From positions 4,464,001 through 4,528,000 of the forward strand of contig NC_043025.1 in assembly GCF_006345805.1 (NCBI RefSeq): DNA of 64,000 bases, written 5' to 3'. Position 1 is the first letter of the stretch; the number at the start of each line of letters is the position of its first letter. Below, one piece after another: positions 59,366-64,000 of this stretch. This stretch comes from Octopus sinensis (lineage: Eukaryota). Under the pieces are notes generated by a model. It was not told where the DNA came from. It searched no databases and saw only the letters and a list, made by a program, of their open reading frames with translations. Both the position numbers and the translations under genes were made by a program.

Positions 59366-62163
59366 AGAACATCATCATCTTCTTCAATATCATCACCATC
59401 ATCATCATCAAAATCATCAGCATCATCATCTTTAACATCGTCATCATCTTCAAAATCATCATAATCATCTCACAATAAGCATTTCACTCGGCATACAACC
59501 GATTCTGCCGGCTTGCTGCCTTTGAATTATCTTTATATATAAAAATGAAGTTGTGTGTGTGTCTGTCTATTCCGATTTAGATTCCTAACTACTCCCACAT
59601 TTTGCGGTGCAGTTTAACCAAAAGCGAGTATCTTATAGTTGTGATTCATATCGAGCCCTTCTGGGTATTAGCGCGTGTCTACGATGAGTCTACGATTTAA
59701 AAAAACATTTACCATCATTTTTCCGCATTTTTGATGATATTTTGCTCGGTTTATATAAGGGAAGTAACTCTCTAAAAATGCTTATATAGTTATTTCCCTT
59801 ACAACGCCGGGCGATACTGCTAGTATTTAATAATATGGTAAAGAAAAAGCAGCACTGGAAAAGCATCCATCTTTACTACAAATTGATTAAAGGTTCACTC
59901 ACTACAAGTGTTTCAGACATGTCTTTTATTGTTATATAATTTGATTATACCATGAAACAAAATAGCAAAACTTTTCTTCAGGTGAATTAAAAATTTAAAA
60001 TTTGACTTAGAGAAGTGTGTGTGTGTGTGTGTGTGTGCACATGCATGCATGTGTGTATATGTTCATATGTGTGTATATGTCCATATGTGTGTGTGTGTGT
60101 GTCTGTGTTTGACTCCCACTACTGCTTGATAACCGATGTCGGTGAGTTTACACACTCGTAACTTAGCAGTTCGGTATAAGAGAGCGATAGAATAAAAACC
60201 AGGCTTTAAAAAAAGTACTGGGGTCGAAGCATTCAACTCAAAATTTTTCAAGCAGTGCCCCAGTATGGCCACAGTTTAATCTTTATATATAAAAGTGAAG
60301 TTGTGTGTCTGTCTCCTACGATTTAGATTCCTAACTACTCCCACATTTTGCGGTGCAGTTTAACCAAAACCGGGTATCTTATAGTCGTGATTCATATCGA
60401 GCCCTTCTGGGTATTAGTGCGCGTCTACGATGAGTCTACGATTTAAAAAAAAATTTACCATCATTTTTTCCCATTTTTAATGCATTTTTTTGCTATTATA
60501 TCTAAAAATGCTTATATAGTTATTTCTCTTACAAACCTGAGCAACGCCGGGTGATACTTGCTAGTCAGTGATAAAAGATAAAAGGTTTTTTTATCTACCA
60601 AACCAAGACCCATTTACAAAGTTAGAAGTGATGGTCAGATGTTGGACTCACCTCGCGTATGCTGGCACTCTTGGATGTTGCCATCTTCAGTTGCTGCTGA
60701 AGACTGAGTTGTTTGCTTTGTTCTTCCTTCAGCTGTGCGGTCAGTCGGTCCATCTCTCCGAGTACAGACTGGTAGGTGAGTCTCATTGTGGACAGATCCT
60801 GTGAAAAGAGAGTACCAGAGTACAGAGCGTGGAGGGAGGAGAGCGAGAGGAAGGACAGGCGTTCAGAGTCAAACAGAAAGAGGGAGAGACAAAGAGGGGG
60901 GAAGATAGAGGGGAAGATTTAGAGAGCCAGTACACAGGTTCAAGTCACATCTCTTTTACTCTTTTACTTGTTTTAGTCATTTGACTGCGGCCATGCTGCA
61001 GCACCGCCTTTAGTCGAGCAAATCGACCCCGGGACTTATTCCTTTGTAAGCCCAGTACTTATTCTATCGGTCTCTTTTGCCGAACCGCTAAGTGACGGGG
61101 ACGTAAACACACCAGCATCGGTTGTCAAGCAATGCTAAGGGACAAACACTGACACACAAACACACACACGCATATATATATACATATATACGATTGGCTT
61201 CTTTTCACTTTTCTGTCTACCAAATCCACTGACAAGGCTTTGGTTGGCCCGGGGCTATAGCAGAAGACATTTGCCCAAGATGCCACGCAGTGGGACTGAA
61301 CCCGGATGCATGTGGTTGGTAAGCAAGCTACTTACCACACAGCCACTTCTGCATCATCGTCGTTTAATGTCCATCTTCCATGCATGCATGGGTAAGGAAG
61401 GTTCACAGGAGCTGGCCAGGTAGAAAAACTACCCAAGGGTACTCTGTCTGTTTCAGCAGGGTTTTTACGGGTGGATGCCCTTCCTGGCACCAACCACTCT
61501 GCAGAGTGGGCCCAGGGCTTCTTACGTGGCACAAGCAAAGGCGGGGTTAATTTCAACATGTTTTTTACGAGCCTCATAGAAATGTCCTTTTCTCACATAC
61601 ACCGTATGCGCGCACATATGCAAACACACACGATGTATACACGCACATACACAAACACACAAATGCACACAACGTATACACACACATATGCAAACACACA
61701 CATACATACACACAACGTATATGCGCACATATGCAAACACACACATACACAAATACACACAACGTATACATGCACATACGCAAATACACACACACACACA
61801 CTAATACACACAGCATATACGCACACATACACAAACACACACACAGACACATAAATACACACAACGTATATTCGCACATACACAAACACTAATACACACA
61901 ATGTATACATGCACACACACACACACACTAATACACGCACATATGCAAACACACAGCATATACACAAACACACACACAAATACACACAGCATATACGTGC
62001 ACATACACAAACACACGCTGCTTCCCGACCACCGCCACCCCCCCAACTACCACTTACCTCCTCCAGTTGCTGGTACTTCACCTGCAGCTGCTGCATCTGG
62101 CTGCACTTCTCCTTGCACTCACGCTGTATCCGGATCAGCTCCGTATTCTCCTCCACGTTCACC
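18205..62163 (-). CDS. RPGRIP1L: RPGRIP1L / protein fantom ortholog, 3' part (24 coding exons; 5' exons lie beyond the window)
   Basis: Exons 62058-62163, 60652-60798, 59231-59304, 58035-58174, 55876-55982, 53565-53682, 52214-52332, 49300-49401, 46718-46789, 43952-44026, 42500-42615, 41517-41586, 40575-40704, 37658-37752, 35608-35767, 34224-34378, 32314-32622, 28725-29168, 26541-26718, 25461-25783, 24532-24724, 21523-21607, 19817-19950, 18205-18314 splice in frame with GT..AG ends. Recognisable motifs: coiled-coil [38 protein letters not shown]; C2 domains [34 protein letters not shown]...ECEEIGVA. Confidence 0.95.
18575..18710. repeat. (AGAT)n microsatellite
   Basis: Direct reading. Confidence 0.95.
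19015..19049 (-). ncRNA. Minimal type-I hammerhead-like motif (U4C variant)
   Basis: GTTT CCGACGA A GAGC TCC GCTC GAAAC GTT AAAC: stems I and II pair, stem III is the palindrome ACGT. Confidence 0.55.
19177..19502 (+). mobile_element. tRNA-derived SINE, family D-related (CORE-like segment)
   Basis: B-box GAGTTCGAATCCC then GTGTTCTTGAGCAAGACACTTTATTTCACATTGCTCCAGTTCACTCAGCTG. Confidence 0.7.
19817..19950 (-). CDS. RPGRIP1L: RPGRIP1L exon ([44 protein letters not shown])
   Basis: tgttcag acceptor, gtaagt donor; RFTVVSEP...ECEEIGVA motif. Confidence 0.95.
21032..21461. repeat. Long inverted repeat (arms about 186 bp, spacer about 55 nt)
   Basis: 21032-21219 is the reverse complement of 21275-21461; the outer about 50 bp match exactly. 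Confidence 0.9.
21523..21607 (-). CDS. RPGRIP1L: RPGRIP1L exon ([28 protein letters not shown])
   Basis: atcacag acceptor, gtaagt donor, 85 nt phase 1-2; not in ORF track. Confidence 0.9.
21640..22200. repeat. (TAG)n/(GTG)n trinucleotide tract
   Basis: Direct reading. Confidence 0.95.
22575..23750 (-). mobile_element. Cluster of family D-related SINE pieces with a family A SINE (23131-23537, +) nested inside
   Basis: D sequence GTACTCCACA resumes as GACATGCGTACCC after the A copy. Confidence 0.7.
24532..24724 (-). CDS. RPGRIP1L: RPGRIP1L exon ([18 protein letters not shown]...[23 protein letters not shown]...FNFSK)
   Basis: cctacag acceptor, gtaagt donor; third C2 (RID-like) domain, ETPxxLPKP motif. 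Confidence 0.94.
24865..25397 (-). mobile_element. tRNA-derived SINE family D with internal duplication of about 137 bp
   Basis: Head GGAGGCGCAATGGCCCAGTGGTTAGGGCAGCGGACTTGCGGTCGTAGGATCGCGGTTTCGATTCCC. Confidence 0.85.
25461..25783 (-). CDS. RPGRIP1L: RPGRIP1L exon, charged linker ([11 protein letters not shown]...[13 protein letters not shown]...SDNEDLVIP...GRDK)
   Basis: tctccag acceptor, gtaatt donor, phase 1-0, 323 nt open; SDNEDLVIP resembles the acidic stretch before the last C2 domain. Confidence 0.82.
25810..26075 (-). mobile_element. SINE family E, best-preserved copy
   Basis: tRNA-like head at about 26075-26000, body, hammerhead-like motif, (TGTAAATAA)n tail. Confidence 0.8.
25877..25922 (-). 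ncRNA. Minimal type-I hammerhead ribozyme motif with intact consensus core
   Basis: GACAC CTGATGA A GGCTG gagggtatat CAGCC GAAAC GTT GTGTT: stem I 5 bp, stem II 5 bp, palindromic stem III ACGT, GUU cleavage triplet, one extra A after A9. Confidence 0.7.
26541..26718 (-). CDS. RPGRIP1L: RPGRIP1L exon, linker ([27 protein letters not shown]...SSVQSNE)
   Basis: ttttcag acceptor, gtgagt donor, phase 0-1, open frame. Confidence 0.78.
26862..27265 (+). mobile_element. SINE family A
   Basis: Full copy. Confidence 0.85.
27328..27828 (+). mobile_element. Family B RTE-LINE 3' end
   Basis: Begins [13 protein letters not shown], ends with a (GAT)n tail. Confidence 0.8.
27847..28135 (+). mobile_element. 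Non-autonomous Helitron (about 290 bp)
   Basis: A|TCTTTATATATAAAAGTG 5' end; 3' GC-rich CCC..GCAACGCCGGGCG then CTAG|T; two more copies at 59530 and 60280. Confidence 0.8.
28440..28720. repeat. (GAT)n-rich tract and (TA)n abutting an exon donor
   Basis: Direct reading. Confidence 0.9.
28725..29168 (-). CDS. RPGRIP1L: RPGRIP1L exon, Ser-rich linker ([12 protein letters not shown]...KLQRSSQP)
   Basis: 444 nt open, gtcacag acceptor, gtatgt donor, phase 0-0; assigned by position and phase, not by motif. Confidence 0.8.
29340..30020 (+). mobile_element. Repeated fragments of a LINE ORF2 C-terminus
   Basis: AAATAGCTGGATGCAGGATATTGTGGAAGAGCTGAAAAAGCAAGGATCC ([16 protein letters not shown]) occurs twice, with a third diverged piece between. 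Confidence 0.5.
30370..30765. repeat. Degenerate TA/TG-rich minisatellite with a higher-order unit of about 164 bp
   Basis: AAGATCTGTGTTGGT at about 30462 and 30626; pattern resumes after SINEs at about 31280. Confidence 0.7.
30767..31280 (+). mobile_element. SINE family A with fourfold stutter of its first 20 nt
   Basis: (ATAGGCGCAGGAGTGGCCAT) repeated before the normal body. Confidence 0.85.
31629..32230 (+). mobile_element. SINE family A with duplicated 5' half
   Basis: Two heads, one tail, joined at (TA)n. Confidence 0.85.
32314..32622 (-). CDS. RPGRIP1L: RPGRIP1L exon ([41 protein letters not shown]...[10 protein letters not shown]...SDQ)
   Basis: tttgcag acceptor, gtaagt donor, 309 nt; YVFDD and PLLSLAHD motifs. 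Confidence 0.93.
32695..33280 (+). mobile_element. SINE family A with duplicated 5' half
   Basis: Two heads, one tail, joined at (TA)n. Confidence 0.85.
33326..33915 (+). mobile_element. Probable Helentron-associated (DINE/HINE-like) element
   Basis: 5' ATTACCTCCACC..AAGGCAGAAGTATTGTTTTC..GTTTGTTTGTTAG and 3' GCCTTGGCTGAGGT resemble that element class. Confidence 0.45.
33940..34200. repeat. (GAA)n/(GAAGATCAA)n tract adjacent to an exon donor
   Basis: Direct reading. Confidence 0.95.
34224..34378 (-). CDS. RPGRIP1L: RPGRIP1L exon ([51 protein letters not shown])
   Basis: tttag acceptor, gtgagt donor; second C2 domain. Confidence 0.95.
34455..35310. repeat. Minisatellite (about 22-bp unit TTTTTACGTGGCACCAGCACCAGTGC-like) with 132-bp higher-order repeat
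   Basis: GCATCAGTGCTTTTTACGTGGCACCAGC at 34998, 35130, 35262. Confidence 0.9.
35608..35767 (-). CDS. RPGRIP1L: RPGRIP1L exon ([18 protein letters not shown]...[22 protein letters not shown])
   Basis: ctaccag acceptor, gtaggc donor, phase 0-1; ERxKALGY and DGNxNELH motifs. Confidence 0.93.
35940..36430 (+). mobile_element. SINE family A with duplicated 5' part
   Basis: GGCACCTTGGGCAAGTGTC...GAAAGAAGCCCGTC twice, then the tail. Confidence 0.8.
36581..36827. repeat. Near-perfect palindrome (114-bp arms, 19-nt loop)
   Basis: 36581-36694 is the reverse complement of 36714-36827, with about 4 mismatches. Confidence 0.95.
36978..37058 (-). ncRNA. Hammerhead-like motif with long stem II
   Basis: AGCT CTGATGA A GCTA..44 nt..TAGC A GAAAC AGCT GTA AGCT; stem III palindrome ACAGCTGT, GUA triplet. 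Confidence 0.55.
37658..37752 (-). CDS. RPGRIP1L: RPGRIP1L exon ([32 protein letters not shown])
   Basis: tttgccag acceptor, gtaagg donor, phase 1-0; FGxVEYWxxLRxPMEQA motif. Confidence 0.93.
37895..38450 (+). mobile_element. SINE family A with duplicated 5' half
   Basis: Two heads, one tail. Confidence 0.8.
38470..38712 (+). pseudogene. Mariner transposase C-terminal remnant
   Basis: [23 protein letters not shown] matches the mariner YSPDLAP motif; downstream GDYF-like end. Confidence 0.75.
39175..39490 (+). mobile_element. Family B RTE-LINE 3' tail
   Basis: Shared body and (GAT)n tail. Confidence 0.8.
39945..40543 (-). mobile_element. SINE family D with tandem duplication of the head-containing half
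   Basis: CCACTGGGCCATTGCGCCTCC occurs at about 40305 and 40522. Confidence 0.85.
40575..40704 (-). CDS. RPGRIP1L: RPGRIP1L exon ([43 protein letters not shown])
   Basis: atgtag acceptor, gtttgt donor, phase 0-1; YQTLAACQL motif. Confidence 0.9.
40951..40988 (-). ncRNA. Minimal hammerhead-like motif (A6U variant), relative of 19015-19049
   Basis: TCTTT CTGTCGA A GAGC GTAG GCTC GAAAC GTA AAAGA. Confidence 0.5.
41517..41586 (-). CDS. RPGRIP1L: RPGRIP1L exon ([23 protein letters not shown])
   Basis: AAG acceptor fits the required phase 2; gtaagg donor; FTSQY motif. Confidence 0.88.
41880..42375. repeat. Compound (TA)n/(TACA)n microsatellite
   Basis: Direct reading. Confidence 0.95.
42500..42615 (-). 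CDS. RPGRIP1L: RPGRIP1L exon ([39 protein letters not shown])
   Basis: ccaacag acceptor, gtgagt donor, phase 0-2; [16 protein letters not shown] motif. Confidence 0.92.
43080..43922 (+). mobile_element. Family B tail (43080-43500) followed by SINE family A (43516-43922)
   Basis: Shared family sequences. Confidence 0.8.
43952..44026 (-). CDS. RPGRIP1L: RPGRIP1L exon ([25 protein letters not shown])
   Basis: ttgccag acceptor, gtagac donor, 75 nt; start of first C2-like domain; not in ORF track. Confidence 0.9.
44147..44729. mobile_element. Mariner-derived MITE with a nested family B tail (44228-44598)
   Basis: TIRs TGAAGGGGTGCTGAAAATGTTCCTGGCTTT and AAAGACAGGAAATTTTCAACACCCCCTCA; minus-strand interior reads [18 protein letters not shown] like a mariner C-terminus; a related end lies at about 45002. 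Confidence 0.7.
45810..46618 (+). mobile_element. SINE family C tandem array (about 4.5 units)
   Basis: One head, repeated body; middle units are indel-rich. Confidence 0.8.
46718..46789 (-). CDS. RPGRIP1L: RPGRIP1L exon ([24 protein letters not shown])
   Basis: ctttcag acceptor, gtaaga donor, 72 nt; [11 protein letters not shown] motif. Confidence 0.92.
46840..47205 (+). mobile_element. Family B RTE-LINE 3' tail
   Basis: Shared body and (GAT)n tail. Confidence 0.8.
47424..47582. mobile_element. hAT-like MITE
   Basis: CAGGGGTTCCCAAC ... GTGGGAACCACTG ends; imperfect 8-bp flank match (GGATAGGT / GGAAAGAT). Confidence 0.5.
47955..48355 (-). mobile_element. SINE family A
   Basis: Reverse-complement copy. 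Confidence 0.85.
48530..49125 (+). mobile_element. SINE family A with duplicated 5' half
   Basis: Two heads, one tail. Confidence 0.85.
49300..49401 (-). CDS. RPGRIP1L: RPGRIP1L exon ([34 protein letters not shown])
   Basis: cctttag acceptor, weak gttcaa donor, 102 nt phase 0-0; LLDIRAARI motif. Confidence 0.9.
49800..51640 (+). mobile_element. Decayed RTE-clade LINE (reverse transcriptase and C-terminus), 5'-truncated, antisense within an intron
   Basis: [94 protein letters not shown]; multiple stops and frameshifts. Confidence 0.92.
52214..52332 (-). CDS. RPGRIP1L: RPGRIP1L exon ([39 protein letters not shown])
   Basis: ttttgcag acceptor, gtattt donor; ELEKTRNML motif. Confidence 0.93.
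52380..53150 (-). mobile_element. Family B tail with an expanded 63-bp internal array (about 6 copies)
   Basis: GCCACCGACACAGGTGCCAG at 52566, 52629, and onward. Confidence 0.85.
53565..53682 (-). CDS. RPGRIP1L: RPGRIP1L exon ([20 protein letters not shown]...QVDTEVEK)
   Basis: ttttacag acceptor, gtaagg donor, phase 0-1. Confidence 0.9.
53790..54000 (+). mobile_element. SINE family C
   Basis: Shared body. Confidence 0.8.
54342..54572. mobile_element. Tc1/mariner-like MITE (231 bp) in (TA)n
   Basis: TA|CAGGATGACCCAGAAGTAGGTTTACAGTT ... AACTGTGAACCTACTTTTGGGCCTCCCTG|TA. Confidence 0.65.
54615..55512 (+). mobile_element. Two consecutive family B tails of different subtypes
   Basis: Each ends in CCAACCC(A/G)TGCTAGCA(C/T)GGAAA...(GAT)n, at about 55015 and 55510. 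Confidence 0.8.
55876..55982 (-). CDS. RPGRIP1L: RPGRIP1L exon ([35 protein letters not shown])
   Basis: catag acceptor, gtcagt donor, phase 1-0. Confidence 0.88.
56151..56770. repeat. 129-bp tandem repeat, about 4.7 copies
   Basis: Unit start at 56151, 56280, 56409, 56538, 56667. Confidence 0.95.
56835..57500. repeat. Minisatellite (about 26-bp unit) with 128-bp higher-order repeat
   Basis: GACAAAGGCACAGCTGTCC at 56908, 57036, 57164. Confidence 0.9.
58035..58174 (-). CDS. RPGRIP1L: RPGRIP1L exon ([46 protein letters not shown])
   Basis: ttgcag acceptor, gtaagg donor, phase 2-1; LKVQIAQLE motif. Confidence 0.92.
58235..59020. repeat. (GGT/GAT)-rich low-complexity tract
   Basis: Direct reading. 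Confidence 0.9.
59231..59304 (-). CDS. RPGRIP1L: RPGRIP1L exon ([25 protein letters not shown])
   Basis: ctctcag acceptor, gtatgt donor, phase 0-2. Confidence 0.88.
59530..59823 (+). mobile_element. Non-autonomous Helitron
   Basis: A|TC...CTAG|T, same family as 27847. Confidence 0.8.
60280..60564 (+). mobile_element. Non-autonomous Helitron inserted at an AT in a SINE tail
   Basis: A|TC...GAGCAACGCCGGGTGATACTTGCTAG|T, no target duplication. Confidence 0.8.
60652..60798 (-). CDS. RPGRIP1L: RPGRIP1L exon ([27 protein letters not shown]...SASIRE)
   Basis: ttttcacag acceptor, gtgagt donor, 147 nt, phase 0-0. Confidence 0.88.
60955..61350 (-). mobile_element. SINE family A
   Basis: Reverse-complement copy. 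Confidence 0.85.
61590..62015. repeat. Compound (CA)n/(TACA)n tract
   Basis: Direct reading. Confidence 0.9.
62058..62163 (-). CDS. RPGRIP1L: RPGRIP1L exon ([35 protein letters not shown])
   Basis: ttttgcag acceptor, gtaagt donor, phase 2 to 0; coiled-coil region. Confidence 0.85.
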
Positions 62164-62282
62164 CTGCAAAAAAACATCGACAGACATTCAAGTCCTGCAC
62201 CACGTCTTTTAAGCATTTTACAGGTTTCAGGCACAAGGGTGTGGCCATGCTGGGGCACCTCCTTGAGGGAATTTCAGCCAAA

Positions 62283-62443
62283 GGCATAGGAGTGGCTATG
62301 TGGTAAGTAGCTTGCTTACCAACCACATGGTTCCAGGTTCAGTCCCACTGCGTGACACCTTGGACAAGTGTCTTCTACTAGAGCCTCAACCCGACCAAAG
62401 CCTTGTGAGTAGATTTGGTAGACGGAAACTGAAAGAAGCCCGT

Positions 62444-62474
<31 letters not shown>

Positions 62475-63280
62475 GAGTGTTAAGTAGCTTGCTTACCAAC
62501 CACATGGTTCCGGGTTCAGTCCCATTGCATGGGACCTTGGGTAAGTGTCTTCTACTATAGCATCAGGCCAACCAAAGCCTTGTGAGTGGATTTGGGGGAC
62601 GGAAACTGAAAGAAGCCCGTCATATACATGTATATGTATGTATGTATGTGTGTGTATATGTTTGTGTGTCTGTGTTTTTCCCCCCCAACATCGCTTGACA
62701 ACCGATGCTGGTGTGTTTACGTCCCCATAACTTAGCGGTTCGGCAAAAGAGACCGATAGAGTAAGTACCAGGCTTACAAAGAATAAGTCCTGGGGTCGAG
62801 TTGCTCGACTAAAGGCGGTGCTCCAGCATGGTCGCAGTCAAATGACTGAAACAAGTAAAAGAGTAAATGAATTGACTCCAATACTTTTTTTTTTTTAAAG
62901 CCTGGTACTTATTCTACTGGTCTCTTTTGCTGAACTACTAATTTACAAGGACATAAACAAACTAACACCGGTTGTCAAGCGATCGAGAGGAACACAAATA
63001 CAAAAACACACATATATATAAAACACACACACACACACACATATATGATGGGCTTCTTTCAGTTTCCGTTTATATAATCCACTCACAAGGCTTTGGTCGA
63101 CCCAAGGCTATAATACAAGACACTTGCTCAACATGCCACGCAGTGACACTGAACCAGGAACCATGTGGTTGGTAAGCAAGCTACTTACCACATAGCCACA
63201 AACAGGCTTCTTTCAGTTTCCGTCTACATAATCCATTCACAAGGCTTTGGTCGACCCGAGGCTATAGTAAAAGACACTTG
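62283..63280. mobile_element. Cluster of family A SINEs (+ 62283-62865 with duplicated 5' half; - about 62880-63280)
   Basis: Shared family sequence. Confidence 0.75.
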
Positions 63281-63282
63281 TA

Positions 63283-64000
63283 AGAGGCTGGATCTGGACT
63301 TGTTTTGAATTAATCCTGCATTATCTCATAGCTTTGAGATTTCAATGATGTGATTATTTATTTCTAGTATGACATTGTAGGGTAGGTGTGAGGGGCTGGA
63401 TCTGGCCTTGTTTTGAATTAATCCTGCATTATCTCATAGCTTTGAGATTTCAGTGATGAGATTGTATATTTTTAGAATGACATTGTAGGGTAGGTGTGAG
63501 AGGATGGATCTGGCCTTGTTTTGAATTAATCCTGCATTATCTCATAGCTTTGAGATTTCAATGATGAGATTGTATATTTTTAGAATGACATTGTAGGCTA
63601 GGTGTGAGAGGATGGATCTGGCCTTGTTTTGAATTAATCCTGCATTATCTCATAGCTTTGAGATTTCAATGATGAGATTGTTTATTTTTAGAATGACATT
63701 GTTGGGTAGGTGTGAGAGGCTGGATCTGGCCTTGTTTTGAATTAATCATGCATTATCTCATAGCTTTGATTTCATTGATGGAATTGTTTATTTTTAGAAT
63801 GACATTGTAGGGTAGGTGTGAGAGGCTGGATCTGGCCTTGTTTTGAATTAATCATGCATTATCTCATAGCTTTGAGATTTCAATGATGAAATTGTATATT
63901 TTAAGAATGACATTGTAGGGTAGGTGTGAGAGGCTGGATCTGGCCTTGTTTTGAATTAATCATGCATTATCTCATAGCTTTGAGATTTCAATGATGGAAT
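63283..64000. repeat. 108-bp tandem repeat, more than 6 copies, runs off the window
   Basis: GGATCTGG at 63290, 63398, 63506, 63614, 63722, 63828, 63936. Confidence 0.95.

Noticed and set aside
1054-63175. Dozens of ORFs with recurring peptides ([45 protein letters not shown])
   Set aside because: They are translations of SINE A and family B repeats, with no splice context or homology to proteins.

Overview
Eukaryotic, repeat-saturated genomic DNA. The SINE families, RTE LINE tails and dense microsatellites suggest an octopus or other cephalopod; this is an inference from repeat style, not a database match. Two minus-strand intron-rich genes are present. (1) The 3' part of an RPGRIP1L (protein fantom) ortholog: 24 coding exons between 62163 and the TAG stop at 18205. 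I checked them by hand for GT/AG ends and phase continuity; they total 3562 nt, about 1186 aa. (2) The first two coding exons of MTO1 (GidA/MnmG family) at 2803-2536 and 1874-1779. Almost all other ORF-track entries are translations of repeats. Interspersed repeats include at least five tRNA-headed SINE-like families, a decayed RTE LINE and many 5'-truncated RTE 3' tails, a Helitron helicase fossil, three non-autonomous Helitrons, and Tc1/mariner, hAT-like and piggyBac-like MITEs. The most interesting unexplained structure is a set of minimal type-I hammerhead-ribozyme-like motifs of the Penelope/retrozyme style with palindromic stem III. They occur in several unrelated short elements, most wedged between (TA)n tracts and one carried by a tRNA-headed SINE, with a compensatory base-pair change between related copies. 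There are also two long intronic inverted repeats and a field of recurring TAGGACA motifs. No ribozyme activity can be established from sequence alone.
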